The notes below the pieces were generated by a model, which was not told the origin of the DNA, did no database searches, and was given only the letters and a program-made list of their open reading frames with translations. 33,869 nucleotides of DNA. It comes from a virus. Its lineage: Duplodnaviria > Caudoviricetes. This document shows positions 25,346 through 33,690 of the stretch, in pieces. The DNA is taken from positions 1 to 33,869 of the IMG/VR virus record IMGVR_UViG_3300027877_000013; one strand, 5' to 3'. A program made the translations under genes and the position numbers. Position 1 is the stretch's first letter. Every line of letters starts with the position of its first letter.

Positions 25346-26701
25346 ATGGCTTACGGAATCACTTCGGCTGGCTTCATCCCAAAGACACGCGACACGATTT
25401 ACTCTGAGTTGTGTGCCAATGCGATTGCTGCATCGGGCAACCCCGACCTTGACGTCTCTGCCGATTCGGATACCGGTTTGTTCCTTGGCGTCCTAGCCGA
25501 TGCATTGGGTGTCCAGTGGGCGACTACAGAGGCCGCATATACGGCTTCGTATCCTGATGGAGCTACCGGAGTTCCCCTAGAGAACATCTGCGCATTGACG
25601 GGTGTGCCTCGCTTGGGAGAGACGTTCTCTGAAGTCGAAGTCACGTGTACAGGGACTGCAGATACTCATGTCTCGGCTGGCACTCTCTTCAGTCAGGGAC
25701 CTGGAACACCGAATGTCGCTGTCATGGAAGAAGCCATCATTCCTGTCGGTGGGACTATCGTTGTCCAGTGCAAGGCCGTAGCCGCTGGCCCGACCTACTT
25801 CCTTTCTGGTACGGTCAACACCATCGTTACTCCGGTCGCCGGTTTGACTTCGGTCGTCAACACGTTCGATCAGTACATCCTTGGTTCGAACGCTGAGACC
25901 TACGAAGCCCTACGAATTCGCCGTGAAGCTTCTTTAAGGGCGCTTGGTGGGTCTGGGGTTGATGCAATCCGAGCGGCTGTGCTCTTGGTTACTGGCGTCA
26001 ATGAGTGCTACGTCCTCAACAATGACACCGATGCTGTTGTCGACACCATGCCGGCCCACTCTTTCGAAGTCATCGTTGATGGCGGTTCGAACCAAGACAT
26101 TGGCCAGGCAATTCTGAACACGAAGCCGGTTGGAGTTTATTGCTTCGGCACGTCAGCCGTTGACGGAAGCTTCATCGTTGGCGATACATACACCATCACG
26201 TTCGTTGGAACGACCGACTTTACGGCACTTGGTGCGGCTTCGAATACGGTTGGCGTTACGTTCACGGCGACGGGGAATGGAGGCGGAGGAAGCGGAACCG
26301 CAATGAGTGAGCCGAGGATTACCGACTCGGCGGGTTCGACTCGGGTTGTCCGAATGACGCGGCCACCTCCTGTCAACATTGGCGTCTATGTCGAGGTTGA
26401 GACTTGGGGCGCCGTACCCGTTGGTCTGGCAACATCTATCAAGGCTGCTATCATCGCCCAAGAGGTTTCGTATCACGCTGGCAATGACGTCTATGCTTCC
26501 AGATTCATCAGGTCTATCTACGATGTCTCTAGTTGCATTCAAAACGTCAAGTTCGTTACGTTGACTCAAGCCGCACCCCCAGCCACCCCAGCCATACCAA
26601 CCTCGGCTTCTCCAACGACAATCGCAATTCCCTCGAGGAACAAAGCGAACTTTGATTCGAGTTGGGTAACTGTTGTCGTCACTGCGCTTGGGAGCATCTA
26701 A
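25346..26701 (+). CDS. baseplate J-like wedge protein
   Basis: MAYGITSAGF, ATGVPLENICALTGVPR, GSNAETYEALRIRR, NDTD...PAHSFEVIVDGG, KPVGV. Confidence 0.93.
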   Translation: MAYGITSAGFIPKTRDTIYSELCANAIAASGNPDLDVSADSDTGLFLGVLADALGVQWATTEAAYTASYPDGATGVPLENICALTGVPRLGETFSEVEVTCTGTADTHVSAGTLFSQGPGTPNVAVMEEAIIPVGGTIVVQCKAVAAGPTYFLSGTVNTIVTPVAGLTSVVNTFDQYILGSNAETYEALRIRREASLRALGGSGVDAIRAAVLLVTGVNECYVLNNDTDAVVDTMPAHSFEVIVDGGSNQDIGQAILNTKPVGVYCFGTSAVDGSFIVGDTYTITFVGTTDFTALGAASNTVGVTFTATGNGGGGSGTAMSEPRITDSAGSTRVVRMTRPPPVNIGVYVEVETWGAVPVGLATSIKAAIIAQEVSYHAGNDVYASRFIRSIYDVSSCIQNVKFVTLTQAAPPATPAIPTSASPTTIAIPSRNKANFDSSWVTVVVTALGSI

Positions 26702-29544
26702 TGGAAACCATCAACTTCCGAGACAGGCTATTGAATGTTGTTCCGCAAGCCTTCCGAACAATGCCTTGGGTCTCGGGTTTGGTTGAGGGGCTGGCAACTC
26801 AAGTTCAAGAACTCGATGACGCGACTCTCGTCATGGCCCGGTTGATTCGGAGCATCGAAGAGACTCCGATTACTAATGACTGCATTCGGTATTCGTCTGG
26901 GTCAGCCGAGGTTGGCGTTGTCGTCTCGACGTTGCCGACGATCTGGGTTTCGGAGATTGGGACACCCGCCATCGGAGTCACGTTGACTCAAACCGGAGGG
27001 GCGACCGGAGTGGTTGCCAGCCACGCTTACGACTCGCTTCGGACTTTATTCCGAATCGAACTGACGTCGATGACAGGGACCTGGGTTGTCGGTGGCCAGT
27101 ATTCTGGAACCGGTACGGTCGGTATTTGTCAAGACTACGCTGGTGTTTCGTCTGGAACCATCGCCGAGATCATCTCAGGCGATGTATCGGCTGGCGTCTG
27201 TCGTCTCGTTAGCATCGTTGATGACTTCAGAGACGGTTCGATTCTGCTATTCAACGACATCAACCCTGGCGTCTGCTTGGGCCGGTTGTTCTCAGTTGAC
27301 AACGCATGGCTCACCAACCTCGGCAAGGTCGTCGGCTTCGAGCGGTCTGAAGAGTCGGATGATGTTACCGTTCGCTACCTCAAGAGCCAGATTGCGACCA
27401 ATGTCGCATGGGGCCGAATCCAAGACTTATACAAGGTGGGAGCCGCATTGTTCGGAGAAGGTAACGTCTACGTCGATGACGGTGGAGAATCCCAGACGTT
27501 GGTTCCTGGTTTCGGCATGGCTTCCCGTGGCCCGATGACGACAACACTCGGACCCATCAACGTTGTGACCGTCAAGGAGGATGACTATCAGCGGACACGA
27601 GCCCAACTCCTTTCAGCCAAACCTGCTGGCGTAGCACTTTGGCTTTCTGCCCACCGGACTCCCACCGGACTCGGTACACCGTTCCGCTTCGGTCTTCCGC
27701 AAACCGCAATTACTACAACACCGAATGTCGACACTGACATTCTCTGGGATCTCATCGGCTTCACCGGAGACCTGGGAATTGGCCGCTACTACCATACAGC
27801 GACTCGGTTGGCAGATGGTCGAGTTCTCGTTGTCGGCGGCATCGGACCTTCTACGGCTGCAACGGATACCTGTGAGATTTGGGACCCAGTGACTGGAAAC
27901 TGGACTGCAACCGGAAGCATGGCGACGGCTCGTTACTACCATACGGCCACCCTTCTGGCTTCGGGCAAGGTTCTGATTGTCGGTGGTACAAATGGTGTCG
28001 CCTCGCTTGCGACTTGCGAAATTTTCGACCCGTCGACTAACGTCTGGACTTCGACCGGCTCAATGGCAACTGCCCGAGTCACGGCGACTGCTGTTCTTCC
28101 AAATGGCGATATCATCGCATGCGGCGGATTTGGGACATCAGGCCTGGCGACGTGTGAAGTCTACGATGTCGTAGCAGGCACCTGGTCTTCGACAGGAAGC
28201 ATGGGAACCGCCCGCTATTACCATACGGCTACCGCACTGGCATCGGGTCAAATCCTGGTGGCCGGTGGAGCCGGGCTGGCTTCTACCGAGACCTACGACC
28301 CTGCATTCTCGTCTTGGACTGCCGCGGGTGCAATGACCTCAGCTCGGTACCACCATACAGCCACTTTACTTTCGACGGGCAACGTTCTCATTATCGACGG
28401 AAGCTCTTCATCTACATCTTGCAATTTGTTCGACCCGGCGACTCGGACTTGTTCGGCTACCGGCTCGCTTCCTTCGGCTCAGACTCGGCATGCGGTTTCG
28501 CTTCTTGCAGATGGAAACGTCTTGATTGCAGGCGGGGTTGGCAACGGTAACTGTAATAAGTACACTGTTTCAACTGGAACTTGGGAAACCGTCGACTCGC
28601 TGAATTCACCTCGCAATGGTGCAACAGCAACCCTGACTACGACTGGCATCGTTCTAGTCGCGGGTGGGTTCTATTCCGTCCCCCAAGTCACATGTGAGTT
28701 GTATTCGCCATCGATTACTGGTGAGCCATGCGCCGTCTTCAACGGCACGACTTCCGTCATTACTACCCCAGCTCTTGGGCCGTCTGGCGCGGCCCCTCGA
28801 AGTATGGGATGCGCTTTCTATCAGCCAATCGCAACCGGTCCTCAGTACTTCCTCGGCTACGGTTCGACGACACCAGGCGAAGCCTTCCAATTCAAGATTG
28901 ACGCATCGATCATCTACCTCGACATCGGTGGCACGAGTCACGCTTTCGGGACTTGCATCCCTGGCGAATGGCACTATGTCGTTGTCACGTATGACGGAGC
29001 TACGTTGAAGGGCTACTCCGATGGTACGCTTGGTTTGGAACTTCCGATCACATTAACCACTGCGTCGACTGGCGTCTTCCGTATTGGAGCCGGACCGACT
29101 GCCATCGGGTTCACTCGATGTATTTCGCACGCCCACCTTCACAACCGGGCGCTGACTGAAACTCAAGTCCAAATCCTATACAATCACGGACTCGGACCTG
29201 ATTACAACCACCTCGATGGCGCGGGTGAAGGCATTATCCACTACTATCCACTCGTCAATGGGACTTCAGCCGACTTCGCGAGTCAGTTCCCAGGGTGGCC
29301 TTTGGTTGGTTCGACTTTGACACAAACATCGCCAGCCGCAACTGCAATTGCGTATTCATTCACGTCGACTGGCTACGATTCTGGGTTCGTCGAACTCGGG
29401 GCTGTAACTGGTACCTGGACGACTGGAAGTCCGTACACTTGGACTTATGGTGGTGGAACTGTAACCGCATACGGCCACTCGGGAAGTCACTTCGAAGCCC
29501 CTCCGACTCCAACAGATACATTTATTTCAATCGAAACAATTTAG
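26701..29544 (+). CDS. baseplate wedge protein (DUF2612-like) fused to a Kelch beta-propeller and LamG-like domain
   Basis: LATQVQELDDA...WLTNLGKVVGFER...KPAGV wedge motifs; seven repeats of the type GSMATARYYHTATLLASGKVLIVGG; GEWHYVVVTYDG...NRALT LamG motif; start at 26701 by TAATG coupling. Confidence 0.82.
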   Translation: METINFRDRLLNVVPQAFRTMPWVSGLVEGLATQVQELDDATLVMARLIRSIEETPITNDCIRYSSGSAEVGVVVSTLPTIWVSEIGTPAIGVTLTQTGGATGVVASHAYDSLRTLFRIELTSMTGTWVVGGQYSGTGTVGICQDYAGVSSGTIAEIISGDVSAGVCRLVSIVDDFRDGSILLFNDINPGVCLGRLFSVDNAWLTNLGKVVGFERSEESDDVTVRYLKSQIATNVAWGRIQDLYKVGAALFGEGNVYVDDGGESQTLVPGFGMASRGPMTTTLGPINVVTVKEDDYQRTRAQLLSAKPAGVALWLSAHRTPTGLGTPFRFGLPQTAITTTPNVDTDILWDLIGFTGDLGIGRYYHTATRLADGRVLVVGGIGPSTAATDTCEIWDPVTGNWTATGSMATARYYHTATLLASGKVLIVGGTNGVASLATCEIFDPSTNVWTSTGSMATARVTATAVLPNGDIIACGGFGTSGLATCEVYDVVAGTWSSTGSMGTARYYHTATALASGQILVAGGAGLASTETYDPAFSSWTAAGAMTSARYHHTATLLSTGNVLIIDGSSSSTSCNLFDPATRTCSATGSLPSAQTRHAVSLLADGNVLIAGGVGNGNCNKYTVSTGTWETVDSLNSPRNGATATLTTTGIVLVAGGFYSVPQVTCELYSPSITGEPCAVFNGTTSVITTPALGPSGAAPRSMGCAFYQPIATGPQYFLGYGSTTPGEAFQFKIDASIIYLDIGGTSHAFGTCIPGEWHYVVVTYDGATLKGYSDGTLGLELPITLTTASTGVFRIGAGPTAIGFTRCISHAHLHNRALTETQVQILYNHGLGPDYNHLDGAGEGIIHYYPLVNGTSADFASQFPGWPLVGSTLTQTSPAATAIAYSFTSTGYDSGFVELGAVTGTWTTGSPYTWTYGGGTVTAYGHSGSHFEAPPTPTDTFISIETI

Positions 29545-29569
29545 ACCAAACGTCTAGTTTGGTCGGTAA
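29544..29569 (+). promoter_or_regulatory. putative late promoter GACC-N16-CGGTAA (tail fibre / lysis)
   Basis: Exact match 5 of 5; 8 nt before ATG 29578. Confidence 0.8.
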
Positions 29570-29577
29570 GGGACTTT

Positions 29578-30909
29578 ATGACACTTCCTACAGCACTCGT
29601 ATCTTGGGATTCAACTGGAACTCACGGAGCAACACCTGATTCCAGTCAGCAGTCAGATGGATACGCGCCTACCGCATACCCGACAGCGGGTGTCTTGAAT
29701 TACCTCTTCCGCGGCTTCCGCGAACACTGCAATTACATCCAAGGAAACCTATGGTCAGATGGCCACTCTTGGACTGGCGCTCAGTCGTTCCAAAAGAATG
29801 ACGTTAATCAAGTTGTATTGATTGGAAACCTCGGTACCGGGGCAGGTTTAATCGCGACTTCGGTTGGTGGCTATGGCGTAGATGTCAGTGGTGTAATTGG
29901 TGGCAATTTTGTAGGCACTGGCGGATATGGGATTTACGCTTCTTCGACGGGCGGAAGCAATACTGGTGTCTTCGGGACTGGCTCGGCTGTAGGTGTCGAA
30001 GGTGTCTCGGGCGCTACAGCCGTCAAGGGAAGCGGCGGGAACATCGGAGTTGATGGAACCGGCTCAAGCAAGGGTCTGGTTGGTCTTGCGACTGGCATCA
30101 TGGGCAACCGGTATGGCATCTACGGTTCGGCCGGTGGAACGGGAACGGGCGATCTAATTGGTGTCTACGGGACTGGTGACACGTACGGTGTCCAAGGTTA
30201 TAGCGCCGGCATAGCGCTTCAAGGATCAGGTGGCTTGTATGGCTGCTATGGATCGGGCTCTGTGTATGGTGTTCAAGCGGCAACCTCAAGCGGCATAGCC
30301 CTCCAAGCGACTTCGACGGGCGGAACCGGTATCGGTGCCGAAGCTGTAGGAACGACTTCTGGTTGCGGTGCTGTTGGTCGAATTGGAGCTCTAATAGCGG
30401 GCACACTCGCAGGTTCGGGTTTGGTTGGAAGCTCGACAACCGCTTACGGTGTAGAAGGTGTCAGCTCCGTCAATCACGGTGTTTTCGGTCATAGTACATC
30501 GAATGACGGCGTTAGGGGCTCGGCTAGTGCGAGCTTCATGTCTGGTGTCTACGGTATATATACTGGTACCGGTGGAGGCTACGGTGTCCGTGGTATTGGA
30601 GGGACTGGGGTTGGGATTCACGGTACCGGAGACACAAACGGCGTCTACGGTCAATCGACTACGAGTTCGGGCGTTGGAGTAGAAGGTTACCACTCTGATG
30701 GTGGTGCGGCCGGTAAGTTCTATTCGACGTCTGGGGTTGGTCTTGAATGCTCCACAGGTTCGTCGACTAGAGCGTCTATCAACATTGGTGCCCATCGAGG
30801 GTCGGCCCCGTCTGCCCCTGCCGATGGCGACATGTGGACCGTGATTTCTCCTTCGCCCCGTCTGTATATCCGAATCAATGGTGTTACACAATACGTCAAC
30901 TTGAGCTAA
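29578..30909 (+). CDS. tail fibre protein with Gly-rich GVxG repeats
   Basis: N-terminal PDSSQQSDGY...PTAGVLNYLF baseplate-anchor motif; many GVYG/GVxG repeats; C-terminal PSAPADGDMW...LYIRING. Confidence 0.8.
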   Translation: MTLPTALVSWDSTGTHGATPDSSQQSDGYAPTAYPTAGVLNYLFRGFREHCNYIQGNLWSDGHSWTGAQSFQKNDVNQVVLIGNLGTGAGLIATSVGGYGVDVSGVIGGNFVGTGGYGIYASSTGGSNTGVFGTGSAVGVEGVSGATAVKGSGGNIGVDGTGSSKGLVGLATGIMGNRYGIYGSAGGTGTGDLIGVYGTGDTYGVQGYSAGIALQGSGGLYGCYGSGSVYGVQAATSSGIALQATSTGGTGIGAEAVGTTSGCGAVGRIGALIAGTLAGSGLVGSSTTAYGVEGVSSVNHGVFGHSTSNDGVRGSASASFMSGVYGIYTGTGGGYGVRGIGGTGVGIHGTGDTNGVYGQSTTSSGVGVEGYHSDGGAAGKFYSTSGVGLECSTGSSTRASINIGAHRGSAPSAPADGDMWTVISPSPRLYIRINGVTQYVNLS

Positions 30910-30910
30910 T

Positions 30911-31207
30911 ATGAACCCCCTCCCCTACCTCAGTCACGCCGTATTGGCCCAAATCGAACCAAGTACAATACAAGCATTGCTCAGTATGGGGCCAACTGGG
31001 ATTGCGGCATTGGCGATTGCGGCTGCTATTTGGCTGTTCTTAGATGCCAGGGCGCAACGCGAGAAGCAAGCGGCCGAAGTCTCGAAGCTGCATGGGGAGC
31101 ATGTTGAGCTTCTGAAACAGGTGCTTCCAGTAGCCCAGAAGTTGTCCGAGTCGGTTGAGCGGCTTGAGCGTCGACTTGATCGGCTTGAGACGCAACCTTC
31201 GAAGTAG
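30911..31207 (+). CDS. holin candidate (one TM helix plus coiled coil)
   Basis: MGPTGIAALAIAAAIWLFL followed by coiled coil; two genes before endolysin. Confidence 0.5.
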   Translation: MNPLPYLSHAVLAQIEPSTIQALLSMGPTGIAALAIAAAIWLFLDARAQREKQAAEVSKLHGEHVELLKQVLPVAQKLSESVERLERRLDRLETQPSK

Positions 31208-31215
31208 GAGCCAAC

Positions 31216-31410
31216 ATGAGTAAATTCTGGGAATCAATTGTCAATGTAGTTTCACCTCGGTATCAAACACACGTTAACCCTGAGACGGATGCATTGTTTG
31301 CGGCATGTATGCTTCACCTTCGTCGAGCGGGAGCGCCTTCAAGGGTTGACGCGCTGTATGCCGAAGCCATGTCGAGCATCAACGCAGCCGTAACCGCTAT
31401 GAAGTCGTAA
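31216..31410 (+). CDS. hypothetical protein in lysis cassette
   Basis: AGGAG RBS; TAATG coupling to endolysin. Confidence 0.6.
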   Translation: MSKFWESIVNVVSPRYQTHVNPETDALFAACMLHLRRAGAPSRVDALYAEAMSSINAAVTAMKS

Positions 31411-31925
31411 TGCTTACATCAGCCCAACTCAAAGCCATTATGCCGAAATGCATCAAGGTTAACTACCTTGACGACCTGAACAAGGCGATGGTCGAAGCCG
31501 AGATCAACACGCCCCTCCGAGTTGCTGCCTTCTTAGCGCAGTTGGCCCACGAGAGTGGTGAGTTTCGATATATGGAAGAGTTGGCTTCGGGTGAGGCGTA
31601 TGAGGGCAGGAAGGACCTCGGCAACACCCAGAAGGGCGATGGCAAGCGCTACAAGGGCAGGGGACCGATTCAACTAACCGGGAGGAGCAACTACCGCCTA
31701 GCAGGGGCTGCGCTTCACCTTGACCTCGAGGGGCTTCCAGAGTTGGCTGCTACACCGGCTGTCGGATTCCGTGTGGCTGGCTGGTATTGGACAACCCACG
31801 GATGCAACGCGCTGGCCGACGCTGGGAATTTCCTGGGAATCACCAAGAAAATCAACGGTGGGACCAACGGACTTTCCGACCGCGAGAAATACTACAAGGT
31901 AGCCAAGACGGTTCTCGGAATCTGA
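31410..31925 (+). CDS. glycoside hydrolase family 19 endolysin
   Basis: FLAQLAHESG, YEGRKDLGN..GDGKRYKGRGPIQLTGRSNY, TKKINGGTNGLSDR. Confidence 0.95.
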   Translation: MLTSAQLKAIMPKCIKVNYLDDLNKAMVEAEINTPLRVAAFLAQLAHESGEFRYMEELASGEAYEGRKDLGNTQKGDGKRYKGRGPIQLTGRSNYRLAGAALHLDLEGLPELAATPAVGFRVAGWYWTTHGCNALADAGNFLGITKKINGGTNGLSDREKYYKVAKTVLGI

Positions 31926-31926
31926 C

Positions 31927-32436
31927 TTACCGGCTCAGAGCGTCAATCAGAGCGTATTCACCGCCCGGGCGCTCCCAACCACAATGAGCTTCGTCTGTCG
32001 CCTTACAAGGTGCGGCTGGCACACCACCCTGGACAATGTGAATCCACTCGTGGACTATGGAGCTTGTCCGCCAACTCGAATCGGCGCCAATCATGACACC
32101 TCCACCCGGAACCCGATTCGTCAGGCTCCAACCGTCACCGGGGTAGGCCTCGCCGTACACTGTCCGGCCAGCCGAGTCGATCCAGTATTTGGTGGGCATC
32201 GGCATGACCTTGACCCCCTTCAACCAAGGGCAAGCGGCGCCTTCCGCCGAAAGCCTGTCGTCACCAACCACCAACCGAACAGCCCCCAGGAAGGCTGTTT
32301 CGGCTTCTTGGAGGTCGGACACAGTCAACCAGTCGGCTCGAGAGTTGTCCAGAATCTGGCCGCACACCGTGTCGGCACCCGAGCAACCAGTCATCGCCAG
32401 GGCTGCTACCATCATCGCGTTCCGAATCGTTCCCAT
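31927..32436 (-). CDS. lipoprotein with HExxH zinc-metallopeptidase-like motif
   Basis: MGTIRNAMMVAALAMTG-C lipobox; SIVHEWIH. Confidence 0.72.
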   Translation of the reverse strand: MGTIRNAMMVAALAMTGCSGADTVCGQILDNSRADWLTVSDLQEAETAFLGAVRLVVGDDRLSAEGAACPWLKGVKVMPMPTKYWIDSAGRTVYGEAYPGDGWSLTNRVPGGGVMIGADSSWRTSSIVHEWIHIVQGGVPAAPCKATDEAHCGWERPGGEYALIDALSR

Positions 32437-32442
32437 GCTCAA

Positions 32443-32471
32443 ATGGTAGTGCCCCCGATTTACGAGGGCAA
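32443..32471 (-). promoter_or_regulatory. sigma70-type promoter TTGCCC-N17-TACCAT, leaderless
   Basis: 6 nt from -10 to ATG 32436; no SD. Confidence 0.65.
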
Positions 32472-32503
32472 GTCCGTCATTTCTGACCTATCCAACCGGC
32501 CGG

Positions 32504-33193
32504 TTAGAGCGAAGCCAGAAGGTAGCTGACCACAATCGACGCGCTTTCCTTCTGTTCGCTCGTCATGGGGTGGCGCGAGTCGAAGTTGATTGCGGCTGTC
32601 CACTGATTCGTCGCCCGGATCCAATTGAGGTTGACAATGACACCTTGAAGGTCGGGAGCCGCTTCGTGCCGGTCATTCTCGAACCTGGCAACCGCATATT
32701 CGACAAGGTAGGTTGCCGAGTTGCAATCGAGCGGGCCATTGACGGTAAGCCTCCCGAACCCAGTGTTGATGCAAGAGACAGCCTTGAAGGTGACCGGCTT
32801 GGCGCTCGGCATCGGCTTGGCGTATTTCGATCCGGTAGCTGATTCATCGGTCGTCTTGATGGCGACTCCGCTAGCGGCAAGTCTGGTGACCCGAAGAATC
32901 GTCCCCTGACCGTTCGCCCATGTCAGCTTCTGACCTACGTAGAACTTCGCCTGAGAGTCGACTTCGAGCCTGAAGACGTTGTGGATTTCAGGCTTGCCGT
33001 CGAAGTTCGCGATCTCGGAGTTGACGACCCAGCCTGAGACGACGTTGATGTTCCTGCCAGGGATGCTGTAGATTGCCTGTCCCCCTTCCGGAAGGACCGC
33101 CATCGGCGTCTGGGCGATGTAGAGCTCGAAGTTCGGCTGACCACCACACGCTGAAATCATCGCAACCGCTGCAACCATGACTGAGTTTCGCAT
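32504..33193 (-). CDS. lipoprotein of unknown function
   Basis: MRNSVMVAAVAMISA-C lipobox; GAGGAG RBS; ATG at 33193. Confidence 0.75.
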   Translation of the reverse strand: MRNSVMVAAVAMISACGGQPNFELYIAQTPMAVLPEGGQAIYSIPGRNINVVSGWVVNSEIANFDGKPEIHNVFRLEVDSQAKFYVGQKLTWANGQGTILRVTRLAASGVAIKTTDESATGSKYAKPMPSAKPVTFKAVSCINTGFGRLTVNGPLDCNSATYLVEYAVARFENDRHEAAPDLQGVIVNLNWIRATNQWTAAINFDSRHPMTSEQKESASIVVSYLLASL

Positions 33194-33213
33194 TGCGTTT
33201 CTCCTCTGCACCA

Positions 33214-33241
33214 ATCTTAACGACCCCGAATTTCGGCGCAA
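33214..33241 (-). promoter_or_regulatory. sigma70-type promoter TTGCGC-N16-TAAGAT
   Basis: Shares GTCGTTA and upstream AAGAA with the 399/1635 promoters. Confidence 0.6.
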
Positions 33242-33249
33242 CTTTCTTG

Positions 33250-33333
33250 CTATTTTCCGAAAACAGCCGAAAGTAGGTAGGCGAGTGTAGCCCACGTGGC
33301 GACGAACAACACAGCGTTTCTCAAAGTCTTCAA
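33250..33333 (-). CDS. small membrane peptide (27 aa) MKTLRNAVLFVATWATLAYLLSAVFGK
   Basis: AGGAGG RBS, TTG start, own promoter; one TM helix. Confidence 0.6.
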   Translation of the reverse strand: MKTLRNAVLFVATWATLAYLLSAVFGK

Positions 33334-33357
33334 GGTGTCCTCCTAGGTTGTGGAGAC

Positions 33358-33386
33358 ACCCTACGTCAAACTCTTGGCGATGTCAA
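33358..33386 (-). promoter_or_regulatory. sigma70-type promoter TTGACA-N17-TAGGGT
   Basis: Perfect -35, 17 nt spacer, TAnnnT -10. Confidence 0.75.
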
Positions 33387-33413
33387 TCTACCAAGTCGAA
33401 CGTTTGGGGTGGG

Positions 33414-33635
33414 TCACCGCGCGTAGAATTCCTCTCGGAGGTAGCGGAGCTCACCCCTAGCGACGTAGCGGGCATACTCCGCCGCTTTACCGTAGGTGAC
33501 ACCCGACCGAACCGCGCGCCCAAATGCCTCTTGGTAAGATTCTGCCCACACCCTTCGCTCGTTCGGTGTGAGACTCGGGGTTTGAGGCGCGGTGACTCGA
33601 CCTTTTGCACTCAGGGCTACGGTTTGGGTCGGCAT
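33414..33635 (-). CDS. hypothetical protein
   Basis: AAAGGAGACCAC RBS. Confidence 0.7.
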   Translation of the reverse strand: MPTQTVALSAKGRVTAPQTPSLTPNERRVWAESYQEAFGRAVRSGVTYGKAAEYARYVARGELRYLREEFYAR

Positions 33636-33655
33636 GTGGTCTCCTTTGGAACGGC

Positions 33656-33677
33656 AAAACCCACCTTGAAGGTGGGT
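33656..33677 (-). terminator. possible intrinsic terminator
   Basis: Minus strand ACCCACC-TTCAA-GGTGGGT followed by TTT, just after the stop at 33691; short U tract. Confidence 0.45.
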
Positions 33678-33690
33678 GTGGTTGGTGTGG

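Noticed and set aside
27745-28710. Kelch DNA repeats as DGR template/variable repeats
   Set aside because: No reverse transcriptase gene; differences are not adenine-specific; repeats are explained by the protein repeat.
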